This document shows, piece by piece, positions 9,696 to 18,573 of a DNA stretch of 64,000 nt. This stretch comes from Bacillota bacterium (GTDB taxonomy: Bacteria; Bacillota; Clostridia; Acetivibrionales; DSM-1351), in contig JAEZKZ010000039.1 in the NCBI GenBank assembly GCA_023415305.1, positions 103 to 64,102 of the forward strand. The letters run 5' to 3'. Each line of letters opens with the position of its first letter. Position 1 is the stretch's first letter. Both the position numbers and the translations under genes were made by a program. Below the pieces are notes generated by a model. It was not told the origin of the DNA and searched no databases. It saw only the letters and a list, made by a program, of their open reading frames with translations.

Positions 9696-11669
9696 ATGAA
9701 AAATAATTTTGGAACAAGAGCATGGAAAAAACATTTATCCACTATACTTTCTATTACGTTGATATTAGTTCTGATGGCTTGCGGTACGGAAGTAAGTGCA
9801 GCATCCAAAAGTGTGTCGAACGATACTGAATGGGCGGTCTACTGGTATTTGTGCGGAAGTGATCTGGAAAGCAATAACGGCGCCGCCACTAATGACCTCG
9901 CCGAGCTGATGGAGGTAAAACTGCCGAAAAATGTGAAGGTGGTCATTCAGACCGGTGGTGCGTCAAGCTGGCAAAATGATGTTGTCAGTGCGGATACGCT
10001 GGGGCGTTATGTCTATGACCATAATGGATTACATCTAATTGAAGAACTTCCATCCGCCAGTATGGGCGATGCCAAGACACTAAAGGATTTTCTTATGTTT
10101 GGAAAAAAAAACTACCCTGCCAAGCGTACAGCTGTAGTGCTTTGGAACCATGGCGGCGGCTCGGTGTCAGGTGTGGCTTTTGACGAACTGTATGGTATGG
10201 ATTCCCTGAGCCTTACAGAAATGTATCAGGCTTTCTCGGAAACCTTCGGAGTAAATCCGAAGAATCCACCTGTTGACATTATCGGCTTTGATACCTGCCT
10301 CATGGCAACGGTGGATACTGCCTATACCTTCTCTAATATCGGCAAATACCTTGTAGCCTCTCAGGAGGTAGAACCTGGCAACGGATGGCTTTATAGCGGA
10401 TGGCTCGGGGCACTTGGAAAAAGGCCGAGCATGAAACCTCTTGAGTTGTCCAAAGTTATCTGTGACAGCTATGTACAAGGGTGCAAGGAGGTCGGAACAG
10501 AGGATAATATAACCCTGTCAGTCACTGATCTTTCAAAGTTACCAGGCCTGATTGCGGCCTATGACGATTTTGGTAAGGAAGCTCTGGCTTCGGCAGTGAA
10601 AAACCCGGCGTTCTTCGCCCATTTTGCCAAAATTGCGAACAGTGTTGAAAACTACGGAGGTAATACCCGTGAACAGGGCTATACTAATATGACCGATCTT
10701 GGGAATCTTGCCTTAAAATCTTCAGGTTTGCTGCCCAAAACCTCTGGATCTGTATCCGATGCATTGAAGAAGTGCGTCGTATACAAGGTAAACGGAAAAT
10801 ATCGACCTGAGTCGGCGGGGCTATCCTGCTATTACAGCTATAATGGAGATGTGGAGGATTTTAATACATATGCTGGCATCGGCGTTTCCGATTCGTTTAA
10901 GTATCTGTATTCTTACGGCTTAACCGGCAAGATTTCTAAAAAGGGCATGGACTATATCGCCAAGATGAATTACAAGACTCTTCCCGAGCTGATGACATTA
11001 AAAAGTGTAGATTGGCAGGATATGCCGGTTACAGTGGATAAGGACGGCAACTCCACCCTGACGCTGGGCAGTAAAGCAAAAGACATTCTGTCTTCCTTGA
11101 CTTTCGAGCTTTACTATGCTGACCCGGAGGAGGATGTCCTGCTCTGCCTTGGTACTGACAATGATATTGTAGCCGATTGGGAAAAAGGCGTTTTTAAGGA
11201 TAACTTCCGGGGCTTATGGGGCAGCCTGGACGGTGCGCTTTGCTATATGGAAATAGCTTATGAGGGCGAAAGCTATAACCAGTATTCGGTACCGATTCTG
11301 CTAAACGGTGAGGAGTACAACCTGATGGTCATCTATGACTTTAAATCGAAGAAATATTCCATTGAGGGTGCAAGAAAGCCACTGGGTGAAAGCGGCGCTG
11401 CGGATAAAAATCTGCGTTATCTGGTGGAAGGCGATAAAATTCAGACCATTCACTATGCGACCGCTATCAGCGGCGATGATGACGAGCTGAAGCCTGTTCC
11501 TATTGACACTATTACAGTGACCTCCAAAACCGCCTTTGAGGAAACTGAACTTGGCGACGGCTTTTTTATCATGATGTACACTATGCGGGACAGTCAGGGT
11601 AATGTGGCGTATTCCGTGCCAGTCACCTTTGAATCGTCAGACGGAGAAATCTACACCAGTGTAAACTGA
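9696..11669 (+). CDS. Clostripain-related (C11) cysteine peptidase, probably exported or lipid-anchored
   Basis: YLCGSDLES, WNHGGG (catalytic His) and GFDTCLMA (catalytic Cys); N-terminal LMAC lipobox-like signal. Confidence 0.9.
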   Translation: MKNNFGTRAWKKHLSTILSITLILVLMACGTEVSAASKSVSNDTEWAVYWYLCGSDLESNNGAATNDLAELMEVKLPKNVKVVIQTGGASSWQNDVVSADTLGRYVYDHNGLHLIEELPSASMGDAKTLKDFLMFGKKNYPAKRTAVVLWNHGGGSVSGVAFDELYGMDSLSLTEMYQAFSETFGVNPKNPPVDIIGFDTCLMATVDTAYTFSNIGKYLVASQEVEPGNGWLYSGWLGALGKRPSMKPLELSKVICDSYVQGCKEVGTEDNITLSVTDLSKLPGLIAAYDDFGKEALASAVKNPAFFAHFAKIANSVENYGGNTREQGYTNMTDLGNLALKSSGLLPKTSGSVSDALKKCVVYKVNGKYRPESAGLSCYYSYNGDVEDFNTYAGIGVSDSFKYLYSYGLTGKISKKGMDYIAKMNYKTLPELMTLKSVDWQDMPVTVDKDGNSTLTLGSKAKDILSSLTFELYYADPEEDVLLCLGTDNDIVADWEKGVFKDNFRGLWGSLDGALCYMEIAYEGESYNQYSVPILLNGEEYNLMVIYDFKSKKYSIEGARKPLGESGAADKNLRYLVEGDKIQTIHYATAISGDDDELKPVPIDTITVTSKTAFEETELGDGFFIMMYTMRDSQGNVAYSVPVTFESSDGEIYTSVN

Positions 11670-11729
11670 AATTAAACGGGAATAAGGTGCTGTTCGGTAA
11701 AGCAAAAATAAAAACGTAGAATTTACCCC

Positions 11730-11771
11730 AGGCTCTATACAAAAAATCCTTTTGTATAGAGCCTTATTTTT
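11730..11771 (+). terminator. Intrinsic terminator
   Basis: AGGCTCTATACAAAA ... TTTTGTATAGAGCCT followed by a T-rich tail. Confidence 0.75.
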
Positions 11772-11891
11772 GTATTTTAGTATTTGATAAGTAAATAGCT
11801 GTATGCTTAAAAATATTTACCTTTTTATGTTCTTTACTAGATTTTAAATTCTGCTACAATAAATATTGCAAACAATTAAGGAGGCTTTAAT

Positions 11892-12857
11892 TTGAAAATA
11901 GGAAATGTTGAATTGTCAAACCGTATATTTCTGGCTCCCATGGCAGGTGTTACCGATATGCCGTTCAGGGTATTGTGCAAGGAACAGGGGTGCGGCTTGG
12001 TATATACCGAAATGGTAAGTGCTAAAGGAATGCATTACGAGGATGAGAAAAGTACAAAACTGACCCTGCTTGATGAAAACGAGAAGCCGGGAGCTGTTCA
12101 GATATTTGGCTCCGAGCCGGACATTATGGCTGGAGTAACTGAAAAACTAAATGCTTCAGATGCAAGCATAATTGACATAAATATGGGCTGTCCGGCTCCA
12201 AAGATAACAAAAAACGGAGAGGGTAGTGCTCTGATGAAAAGACCGGAGCAGGTAGAAAGAGTTATAAGGGCTGTCGTCAAGGCTTCAATAAAGCCCGTTA
12301 CCGTTAAAATCCGAAAGGGTTGGGATGAATCAAGTGTTAATGCTGTAGAGATAGCCAAGATAGCTGAAGCCTCCGGAGCAAGTGCTGTTACTGTACATGG
12401 AAGAACCCGTGAGCAGTACTATAGCGGCAAAGCGGATTGGAATATTATCAGGAAGGTTAAAGAAGCTGTTTCAATTCCAGTAATAGGAAATGGTGATGTA
12501 GTTGGACCCAGAGAAGCAAAACGCCTATTTGAGGAAACTGGCTGTGATGCAATAATGATAGGTAGGGGTGCCCAGGGAAACCCGTGGATATTCAAGGCTG
12601 TAATAAAGTATCTTGAGGAGGGCGTACTTATTAATGAACCCACAGCACAGGAAAAAATCAGTACAATCATAAGACATATGAATATGTTGATAGAGCACAA
12701 GGGCGAAAGAACCGGAATCCTTGAGATGAGGTCTCATATTGCGTGGTATATAAAGGGTATGCGGGATGCGGCATACACCAAGCAGAAAATGTTTAAAATG
12801 ACAGATAGGGACGAAATTATAAGTCTTCTTCAGAATTTCCTGCTTCGTCAGCAATAA
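11892..12857 (+). CDS. dusB: tRNA-dihydrouridine synthase B
   Basis: LAPMAGVTD, DINMGCP, HGRT and GNGD motifs. Confidence 0.93.
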   Translation: MKIGNVELSNRIFLAPMAGVTDMPFRVLCKEQGCGLVYTEMVSAKGMHYEDEKSTKLTLLDENEKPGAVQIFGSEPDIMAGVTEKLNASDASIIDINMGCPAPKITKNGEGSALMKRPEQVERVIRAVVKASIKPVTVKIRKGWDESSVNAVEIAKIAEASGASAVTVHGRTREQYYSGKADWNIIRKVKEAVSIPVIGNGDVVGPREAKRLFEETGCDAIMIGRGAQGNPWIFKAVIKYLEEGVLINEPTAQEKISTIIRHMNMLIEHKGERTGILEMRSHIAWYIKGMRDAAYTKQKMFKMTDRDEIISLLQNFLLRQQ

Positions 12858-12878
12858 AAACTCCGTCACATATAAGAT

Positions 12879-13604
12879 TTAGTTATTAATGTATTTATCC
12901 AGAATTTCTTCAATACCTGAAACAATCTGCAGAGCGCAATTCTTCTGGAATTCGTCATCAGTTAAAAGCTTCAGGTCTTTTTTATTTGATAAAAATCCAA
13001 TCTCAAGTAGCAGAGAGGGCATTTCTGTATGACGCAGAACATACAGATTGGGGCGGGGCATTATTTCTCTGTTTTTCATTCCAAGATTCTTAATTTTGGA
13101 TTGCATTATAATAGCCATATCCTTGCCAGTCGGGGAGTAGGGATTAAATGTTGTCAGAATTCCGCTCTGTGCAGCATCTGTAAAAGAGTTGTTATGAATA
13201 CTTATAAAGAGCCTGCCTTTCTTTTCATTAGCAATTCGCGCCCTGTCCTCCAGACTGACATATGTATCATCTGTTCTTACCATGTAATAGTCAATATTTT
13301 TTTGTTCCAATAATTTTTCTATTTCTAGGGAGATACTCAGAACTATATCTTTTTCACTGGTTTTTCCATTCATTGCTCCCGGGTCCCAGCCCCCATGCCC
13401 GGGATCTATTACTACCATTGGGGGGATTTCTTGAGCAGTATCAGTTGATGTAATTATGGCTTGCTGAGTACTTAAATCGTTATTTCTCTTTAGGTAACCG
13501 CCAATAATAGCGATAATTGCAATACAAAGAAAGACAATTATTACTATAAGGTTTTTATGACTAATTTTTTGACTTAACTTATTGATAAAATTGTTAAAAT
13601 CCAT
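12879..13604 (-). CDS. N-acetylmuramoyl-L-alanine amidase (Amidase_3), membrane-anchored
   Basis: IDPGHGG, EK, SIHNN and LLEIGFLSN motifs; N-terminal TM segment. Confidence 0.92.
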   Translation of the reverse strand: MDFNNFINKLSQKISHKNLIVIIVFLCIAIIAIIGGYLKRNNDLSTQQAIITSTDTAQEIPPMVVIDPGHGGWDPGAMNGKTSEKDIVLSISLEIEKLLEQKNIDYYMVRTDDTYVSLEDRARIANEKKGRLFISIHNNSFTDAAQSGILTTFNPYSPTGKDMAIIMQSKIKNLGMKNREIMPRPNLYVLRHTEMPSLLLEIGFLSNKKDLKLLTDDEFQKNCALQIVSGIEEILDKYINN

Positions 13605-13702
13605 AAATTACATTATTACCCTCCGGCATAGATTTATGCTTTGAAATGTTAATGAGTCTTAAATTTGTTAATATGTACTTCTATTTTATCACATAGACAT
13701 GC

Positions 13703-13742
13703 AAAAAAGGTTGACGAAATTTAATTTCGTCAACCTTTTTTT
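13703..13742. terminator. Bidirectional intrinsic terminator
   Basis: AAAAAAGGTTGACGAAAT-TTA-ATTTCGTCAACCTTTTTT. Confidence 0.8.
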
Positions 13743-13804
13743 ATATTCATTATATTATTCAATAAATATTAAAATCTGTAGTATGATTAACAGCATTTTG
13801 TATA

Positions 13805-14668
13805 TTATATCACTCTTCTTGCTCCGATATATCTTGAGGAGTAGTATGAGCTGTCCAGGCTTGAAATTGTTACTCCCTTTGAAGAACTTGCATGAATAAA
13901 CTTTCCGTCCCCCAGATAGAATCCAACGTGAGAGGGTCCTGCCTTATAGGTTGTAAAGAATACAAGATCTCCCACTCTCAAATTGCTTTTCGATACAGCA
14001 ACGCCCGCTCCGTACTGATCAGAGGTAACTCGGGGTATTGATATACCGTTCTTTTTCAGCACAAACTGTGTAAACCCTGAACAGTCGAAACCGCTCGGAG
14101 ATACTCCACCCCATACATACGGAACCCCCATATATGTTTTTGCGGTGGCAATAACTGCACTTGCTTTTGAACTGGTATTTTGAGTACTTGCTGTTGTTTT
14201 AACCGAATTCGTCGAGGTTGTGCTTTTTTTAGCTGAAGTTGTGCTTTTCACAGTTGTGCCTCTGGAAGTTGAAGATCCTGATCGTGACTTTGTTGAAGTT
14301 GTATCTGTTGTTTTTTTTGATGCAGAGCTTGAAGTGGTTTTTTTGACTGTTGTCGTAGTCTTTTTTGAAGTTGCTGCTGCTACTGATTTTTCAGATGTAT
14401 TACTTTTAGCTGTTGTAGGGTTTGTTGAAGCGGCTGTGACCGCAGAACCAGAATTTGCTTCCGCAACGGCTTTTATGGCTAAATCTTCAGCTTTCAGTGT
14501 ATCTGATTCTGTTATAGGGTAATTTTTCTCAGATGCTTGTGTTTCTTCCTGCTGTAATTTAGCCGGTTCAAGAATTTCCCGATTAAAGGACAAACTCTTA
14601 TAGACAGGTGCTATTGCTGTTAGGCATAGCATAAGGGCCATACCACCTGCTACTATTTTTTTATTCAT
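13805..14668 (-). CDS. Secreted NlpC/P60 (C40) peptidoglycan endopeptidase
   Basis: Signal peptide, long S/T/K linker, PYVWGG...GFDCSG, SHVG and FIHAS motifs. Confidence 0.93.
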   Translation of the reverse strand: MNKKIVAGGMALMLCLTAIAPVYKSLSFNREILEPAKLQQEETQASEKNYPITESDTLKAEDLAIKAVAEANSGSAVTAASTNPTTAKSNTSEKSVAAATSKKTTTTVKKTTSSSASKKTTDTTSTKSRSGSSTSRGTTVKSTTSAKKSTTSTNSVKTTASTQNTSSKASAVIATAKTYMGVPYVWGGVSPSGFDCSGFTQFVLKKNGISIPRVTSDQYGAGVAVSKSNLRVGDLVFFTTYKAGPSHVGFYLGDGKFIHASSSKGVTISSLDSSYYSSRYIGARRVI

Positions 14669-14982
14669 TTTGACCTCCCGTAAATTGAAGCCCCTGAATT
14701 AACTAAACAGATCACTTTCATATTGTATTCAGGGTTTATTTGCTAGCTTAAGTGCTTTCTATATATATTTAGTTTTTTAATGCTTTCAGTGGAGATAGCC
14801 TCTTTAGTTTATTTACCTTCAATGTAAATGTGGTTTACATAAAGCAACGGTTGCACTTATTATAAGTGCCAAAAGCAAGTGTATCAACCTGTAATTTATG
14901 GTAAACTTCTGGAAACCTAGAGTCATAAAAGGTTAACAAGTTCAATAAAATTAATCAAGGTATTTAATTATTGGAGGTGTTT

Positions 14983-16569
14983 ATGACAAAAAAAACATTT
15001 ATAACAGGTGCCATAATATTAATGGCAGCAGGTTTTATTACAAGAATATTTGGATTTATATACAGAATTTACCTTTCAAATTTAATTGGTGCTGAAGGGA
15101 TGGGTGTATATCAGTTAATAGTACCTATATATACTTTGATTATTCTGACTCTGACCTCGGGAGTATCAATTGCAGTATCTAAAATGATAGCTGAGCAGGC
15201 AGCTCAGGGTAATTTTATTAACATAAAAAGAATTTCAAAAGTAGGATTAGCAGGAGTAATAACAGTCAGTTGTATTATTTCCCTACTTCTTTACATAAAT
15301 ATAGACTTTATAGTAAATGTTATTTTAAAGGATTCCAGAACATACTCCTCAGTGCTTATAATGATTCCCTGCATTCCAGTAATTGCAGCAGCTTCTGCAT
15401 ATAAAGGCTACTTTTACGGTATACAGGAAGTAACACCGACAGCATTATCCCAGATAGTTGAACAACTTGTAAAAATCGGTATAATAATGGCGCTGGCTGC
15501 AAGGTTCCTTGAGGCAGGTCTGGAATACGCCTGTGCTCTGGCAACGGTAGGTATGGCAGTGGGAGAAATATCAAACCTGTTTGTTCTTGCATTATGTTAT
15601 AAATTCAGAAAATATCCTCATATAACTCCAAAATCCAAGCAGGGTATTATTCAAAAGAGGAAACTTGTTGCTTCTATTATAGGTTGTGCTGTACCTATTT
15701 CCTTCAATAGATTTATTATCTCAATAATGGCAGCGGTGGAATTTATCTTAATACCACAGAGGCTACTGGTGGGAGGACTTAACTACATTCAGTGCATGGA
15801 GGAGTATGGAAAACTGACAGGGATGGCTATGCCTCTGATATTGTTTCCCGCATTGGTAACAACCTCTCTTGCAACGACCCTTGTTCCTGCCATATCCGAA
15901 TCAATATCATTAAACAATTATGGAAGAGCTAATTACAGGATATCAAAGTCAATACAGATAACCATGGTACTGGGCTTCGTATTTATGGCACTGTTTGCGT
16001 GCTTTCCTGACAAGATATCAAATATGATTTATCCAGGACAAAATGTAGGTTATACATTGTTTCTATTGTCCTTTACCTGTATTTTCGTGTATCTTCAGCA
16101 AATTCTAATGGGTATTATGAATGGTCTTGGAAAACAAGGCTTACTTCTTATTAATTCTACAATAGGGTCTGCAATACGAATTTTATGTGTTTTTTTCCTT
16201 ATACCCCAATATGGTATTCCCGTTTACATAGTAGGTGTTATAGTGAGTTCTTTTATTGTATGCATACTCAATTTTATGACCATAATTCGCTGTACCGGTA
16301 TGGCTCTGGATCTAAGGCATTGGATTGTCAGACCGGCACTGGTAACTGTACTACTGTTTATTCTCAGCGATTACATATACAGTTCGTTCAATTTTCTAAA
16401 ACTTTCACCGGGTTGGCAAACTCTTATTGCAGTTGGAACATATATTGTAATAGCACTTTTTCTTATGGCTCTGGTAGGGGCCATAGATTGGAGAGAACTG
16501 CTTCAACTGTTAGGTGTTCGTAGCAGAAAAGTCAGGAAGTACAAAAAGAGTGAAATTAAAAGAAATTAA
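14983..16569 (+). CDS. spoVB: Stage V sporulation protein B (MOP-family flippase)
   Basis: TRIFGFIYRIYLSNLIGAEGMG and SQIVEQ motifs, many TM segments; GGAGGTG RBS. Confidence 0.88.
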   Translation: MTKKTFITGAIILMAAGFITRIFGFIYRIYLSNLIGAEGMGVYQLIVPIYTLIILTLTSGVSIAVSKMIAEQAAQGNFINIKRISKVGLAGVITVSCIISLLLYINIDFIVNVILKDSRTYSSVLIMIPCIPVIAAASAYKGYFYGIQEVTPTALSQIVEQLVKIGIIMALAARFLEAGLEYACALATVGMAVGEISNLFVLALCYKFRKYPHITPKSKQGIIQKRKLVASIIGCAVPISFNRFIISIMAAVEFILIPQRLLVGGLNYIQCMEEYGKLTGMAMPLILFPALVTTSLATTLVPAISESISLNNYGRANYRISKSIQITMVLGFVFMALFACFPDKISNMIYPGQNVGYTLFLLSFTCIFVYLQQILMGIMNGLGKQGLLLINSTIGSAIRILCVFFLIPQYGIPVYIVGVIVSSFIVCILNFMTIIRCTGMALDLRHWIVRPALVTVLLFILSDYIYSSFNFLKLSPGWQTLIAVGTYIVIALFLMALVGAIDWRELLQLLGVRSRKVRKYKKSEIKRN

Positions 16570-16628
16570 AAGAGAAAGTGAAGAATAAATATATAAATTA
16601 GAATAATCGTGATTTTAACCTGAACAAT

Positions 16629-16708
16629 AGTCAAAGAAAGTCAAAATCAGTTTTGCCAAATTTATTTATGTAATTTAAAATATAGACATAAGGTCAAAGA
16701 AAGTCAAA
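16629..16708 (+). promoter_or_regulatory. Two CtsR boxes flanking a SigA promoter
   Basis: AGTCAAAGAAAGTCAAA (16629-16645) and GGTCAAAGAAAGTCAAA (16692-16708) match RGTCAAA-NAN-RGTCAAA; TTGCCA-N17-TAAAAT at 16653-16681. Confidence 0.88.
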
Positions 16709-16780
16709 ATCAGAGACCAAAAAGATATCAATAAATTATTACAATAAATAAATTTATGAATATTTCAGGAGGTGTATTTT

Positions 16781-17218
16781 ATGTTTGGAATAGTTCCATT
16801 CAGAAACAACAAAATCAGTGAAAGAGGAAGCCTTTTTGATATGGCAGGTATTTTTAATGACTTTTTTAATGATACCACCTTGGGATTTGCGGATTTTCAA
16901 TCAATAAAGGCCGATGTTAAAGAAAATGAGAAGGAATACATTATTGAAGCTGAGATTCCCGGTGCAAAAAAAGAAGATATCAAGCTTGATCTTAGGGATG
17001 ACAGACTTACCATTTCGGTTGAAAGATCGGAGGAAACAAAAGAGGAGAGGAACAACTATATAAGAAGAGAAAGAAGATATGGCTCCACCAGCAGATGCTT
17101 CCTTGTTGAAAATGTAAAAAATGAAGATGTTACAGCTAAATATGAAAACGGTATTCTCTCAATAGTACTTCCAAAGAGTGAAGAAAAAAAACCGAACAGC
17201 AGTATAGAAATACAGTAA
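16781..17218 (+). CDS. Small heat-shock protein (Hsp20/alpha-crystallin)
   Basis: EIPG.KKEDI, ERRYG and AKYENGILSIVLPK motifs. Confidence 0.95.
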   Translation: MFGIVPFRNNKISERGSLFDMAGIFNDFFNDTTLGFADFQSIKADVKENEKEYIIEAEIPGAKKEDIKLDLRDDRLTISVERSEETKEERNNYIRRERRYGSTSRCFLVENVKNEDVTAKYENGILSIVLPKSEEKKPNSSIEIQ

Positions 17219-17234
17219 CCTACTGCTAAATATA

Positions 17235-17284
17235 AGAGCTGCTTCTCATAAGGGTAATACAAACCTATGAGAGGCAGCTCTCTT
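17235..17284. terminator. Bidirectional terminator between hsp20 and nudC
   Basis: AGAGCTGCTTCTCATA ... TATGAGAGGCAGCTCT between convergent genes. Confidence 0.75.
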
Positions 17285-17287
17285 TGT

Positions 17288-18124
17288 TTACTGTTGCTCC
17301 ATCCACCAATTAATTATCTTTCTTGCGATGCTTACCTCTGATGGTAAACCGGGAAGAGCATCTTTACCATACCAGTTCGCGTCTGTTATCTCTGTGCCGT
17401 CAACATGTATCTCTCCGCTTTCATACTCAGCGGTAAAACCCAGCATCATTGAATTTGGAAAAGGCCAGGGCTGGCTTCCAAGATACTGTATGTTTTTAAC
17501 ACGTATCCCCACTTCCTCCATTATCTCTCGCTGAACAGCCTCTTCAAGTGTCTCACCGGCTTCAACAAAGCCTGCGATCAAAGAATACATACCTTCTTTA
17601 AAGTGTTTTGCATGGGCAAGTAGTAATTGATCACCTTTTCTTACAGCTGTTATCACAGCCGGACATATTCTGGGGTAGGATATAAATCTGCATTTCGGAC
17701 AAATTTTTGCCCTTTCCCCCTGCAAATCCTCAGTGGGGGAACCGCACCTGCCGCAGAACTGGTGGGTTTGATCCCAGCCAATAATCTGATATGCCTTGCC
17801 GGCCAGCAAGAACAGGTCTTCAGCAATAAAGTCATAAAGAGCCCTTAACTCAATAAATGTCATTCCGGCCGGCACCACCTCTTCTGATGAGAGTTCTGCG
17901 GAATAACAGGGTTCGCCCTCAAGCAGACCAAGGTATTGAATTCGTGTTACACTTAGGTCTGCTTGAGCAGGATCTATCATGTACGGAATTCTACAGGCAT
18001 CCTTCTCAGAAATGACCAGTATTTTACTACCGTAAAATGCAAACCAATAAGCTGCTCCACTGGTTCTGTCAGCGGGAGCTGTTACGGCGGGTTCATAACG
18101 CATATATATACTTTCTCTTTGCAT
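17288..18124 (-). CDS. nudC: NAD(+) diphosphatase (Nudix hydrolase)
   Basis: FCGRCG/CPKC zinc ribbon, Nudix box AGFVEAGETLEEAVQREIMEEVG, SQPWPFPNS. Start placed at ATG 18124 after GGAGG. Confidence 0.93.
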   Translation of the reverse strand: MQRESIYMRYEPAVTAPADRTSGAAYWFAFYGSKILVISEKDACRIPYMIDPAQADLSVTRIQYLGLLEGEPCYSAELSSEEVVPAGMTFIELRALYDFIAEDLFLLAGKAYQIIGWDQTHQFCGRCGSPTEDLQGERAKICPKCRFISYPRICPAVITAVRKGDQLLLAHAKHFKEGMYSLIAGFVEAGETLEEAVQREIMEEVGIRVKNIQYLGSQPWPFPNSMMLGFTAEYESGEIHVDGTEITDANWYGKDALPGLPSEVSIARKIINWWMEQQ

Positions 18125-18231
18125 ATTAACCTCCATGAGCCACATTGTGGCCACAAATAGTAATGAAATATATATCCTTTTTCGCAATGGGGCGAATAAA
18201 GGAGGTTAATTGGCCATGTGCGCTTTCAAAG
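18123..18231 (-). repeat. Dispersed structured element, copy A
   Basis: 36-nt block 18191-18226 and 19-nt block 18123-18141 are identical, reverse-complemented, to 43893-43928 and 43981-43999. Confidence 0.9.
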
Positions 18232-18468
18232 TATTAAAAATACTTTTGTATTGAAAATACTTTTGTGTTGAAATACTTTGAATATTTCGCACGGCCATAA
18301 ATTCATAGGTTAGTTTGGAAGACGAGCATTAGCGAAGTCTTTCAAGCTAACCTCCAGTCTATTGTTCTAATATCTACCATGTTCAAGCTATAAATCATGT
18401 AATGAATATAATTATATGTAAAGGTCAAATTCCTTTAAGTATCGGCAGATAAAAAACCCCAGTTTTTC

Positions 18469-18511
18469 AAAAGAGTCTCAAGGTTCTACAACTCACCTTT
18501 GAGACTCTTTT
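18469..18511. terminator. Probable bidirectional terminator
   Basis: AAAAGAGTCTCAAGGT ... ACCTTTGAGACTCTTTT downstream of the ligase gene. Confidence 0.75.
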
Positions 18512-18573
18512 CAGAATAGCATAAACTTGTTTAAAATGCAAAGAACTGCTGGACAATTATATACATAAAATTG

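Noticed and set aside
5977..11890. Integrase, transposase, or agrB/agrD peptide genes in the islet
   Set aside because: None found in any frame, so the islet is not called an active mobile element or a complete Agr system.
14669..14970. c-di-AMP riboswitch upstream of the NlpC/P60 gene
   Set aside because: The expected conserved motifs were not recognisable; only a short CCCTGAAT/ATTCAGGG stem is present.
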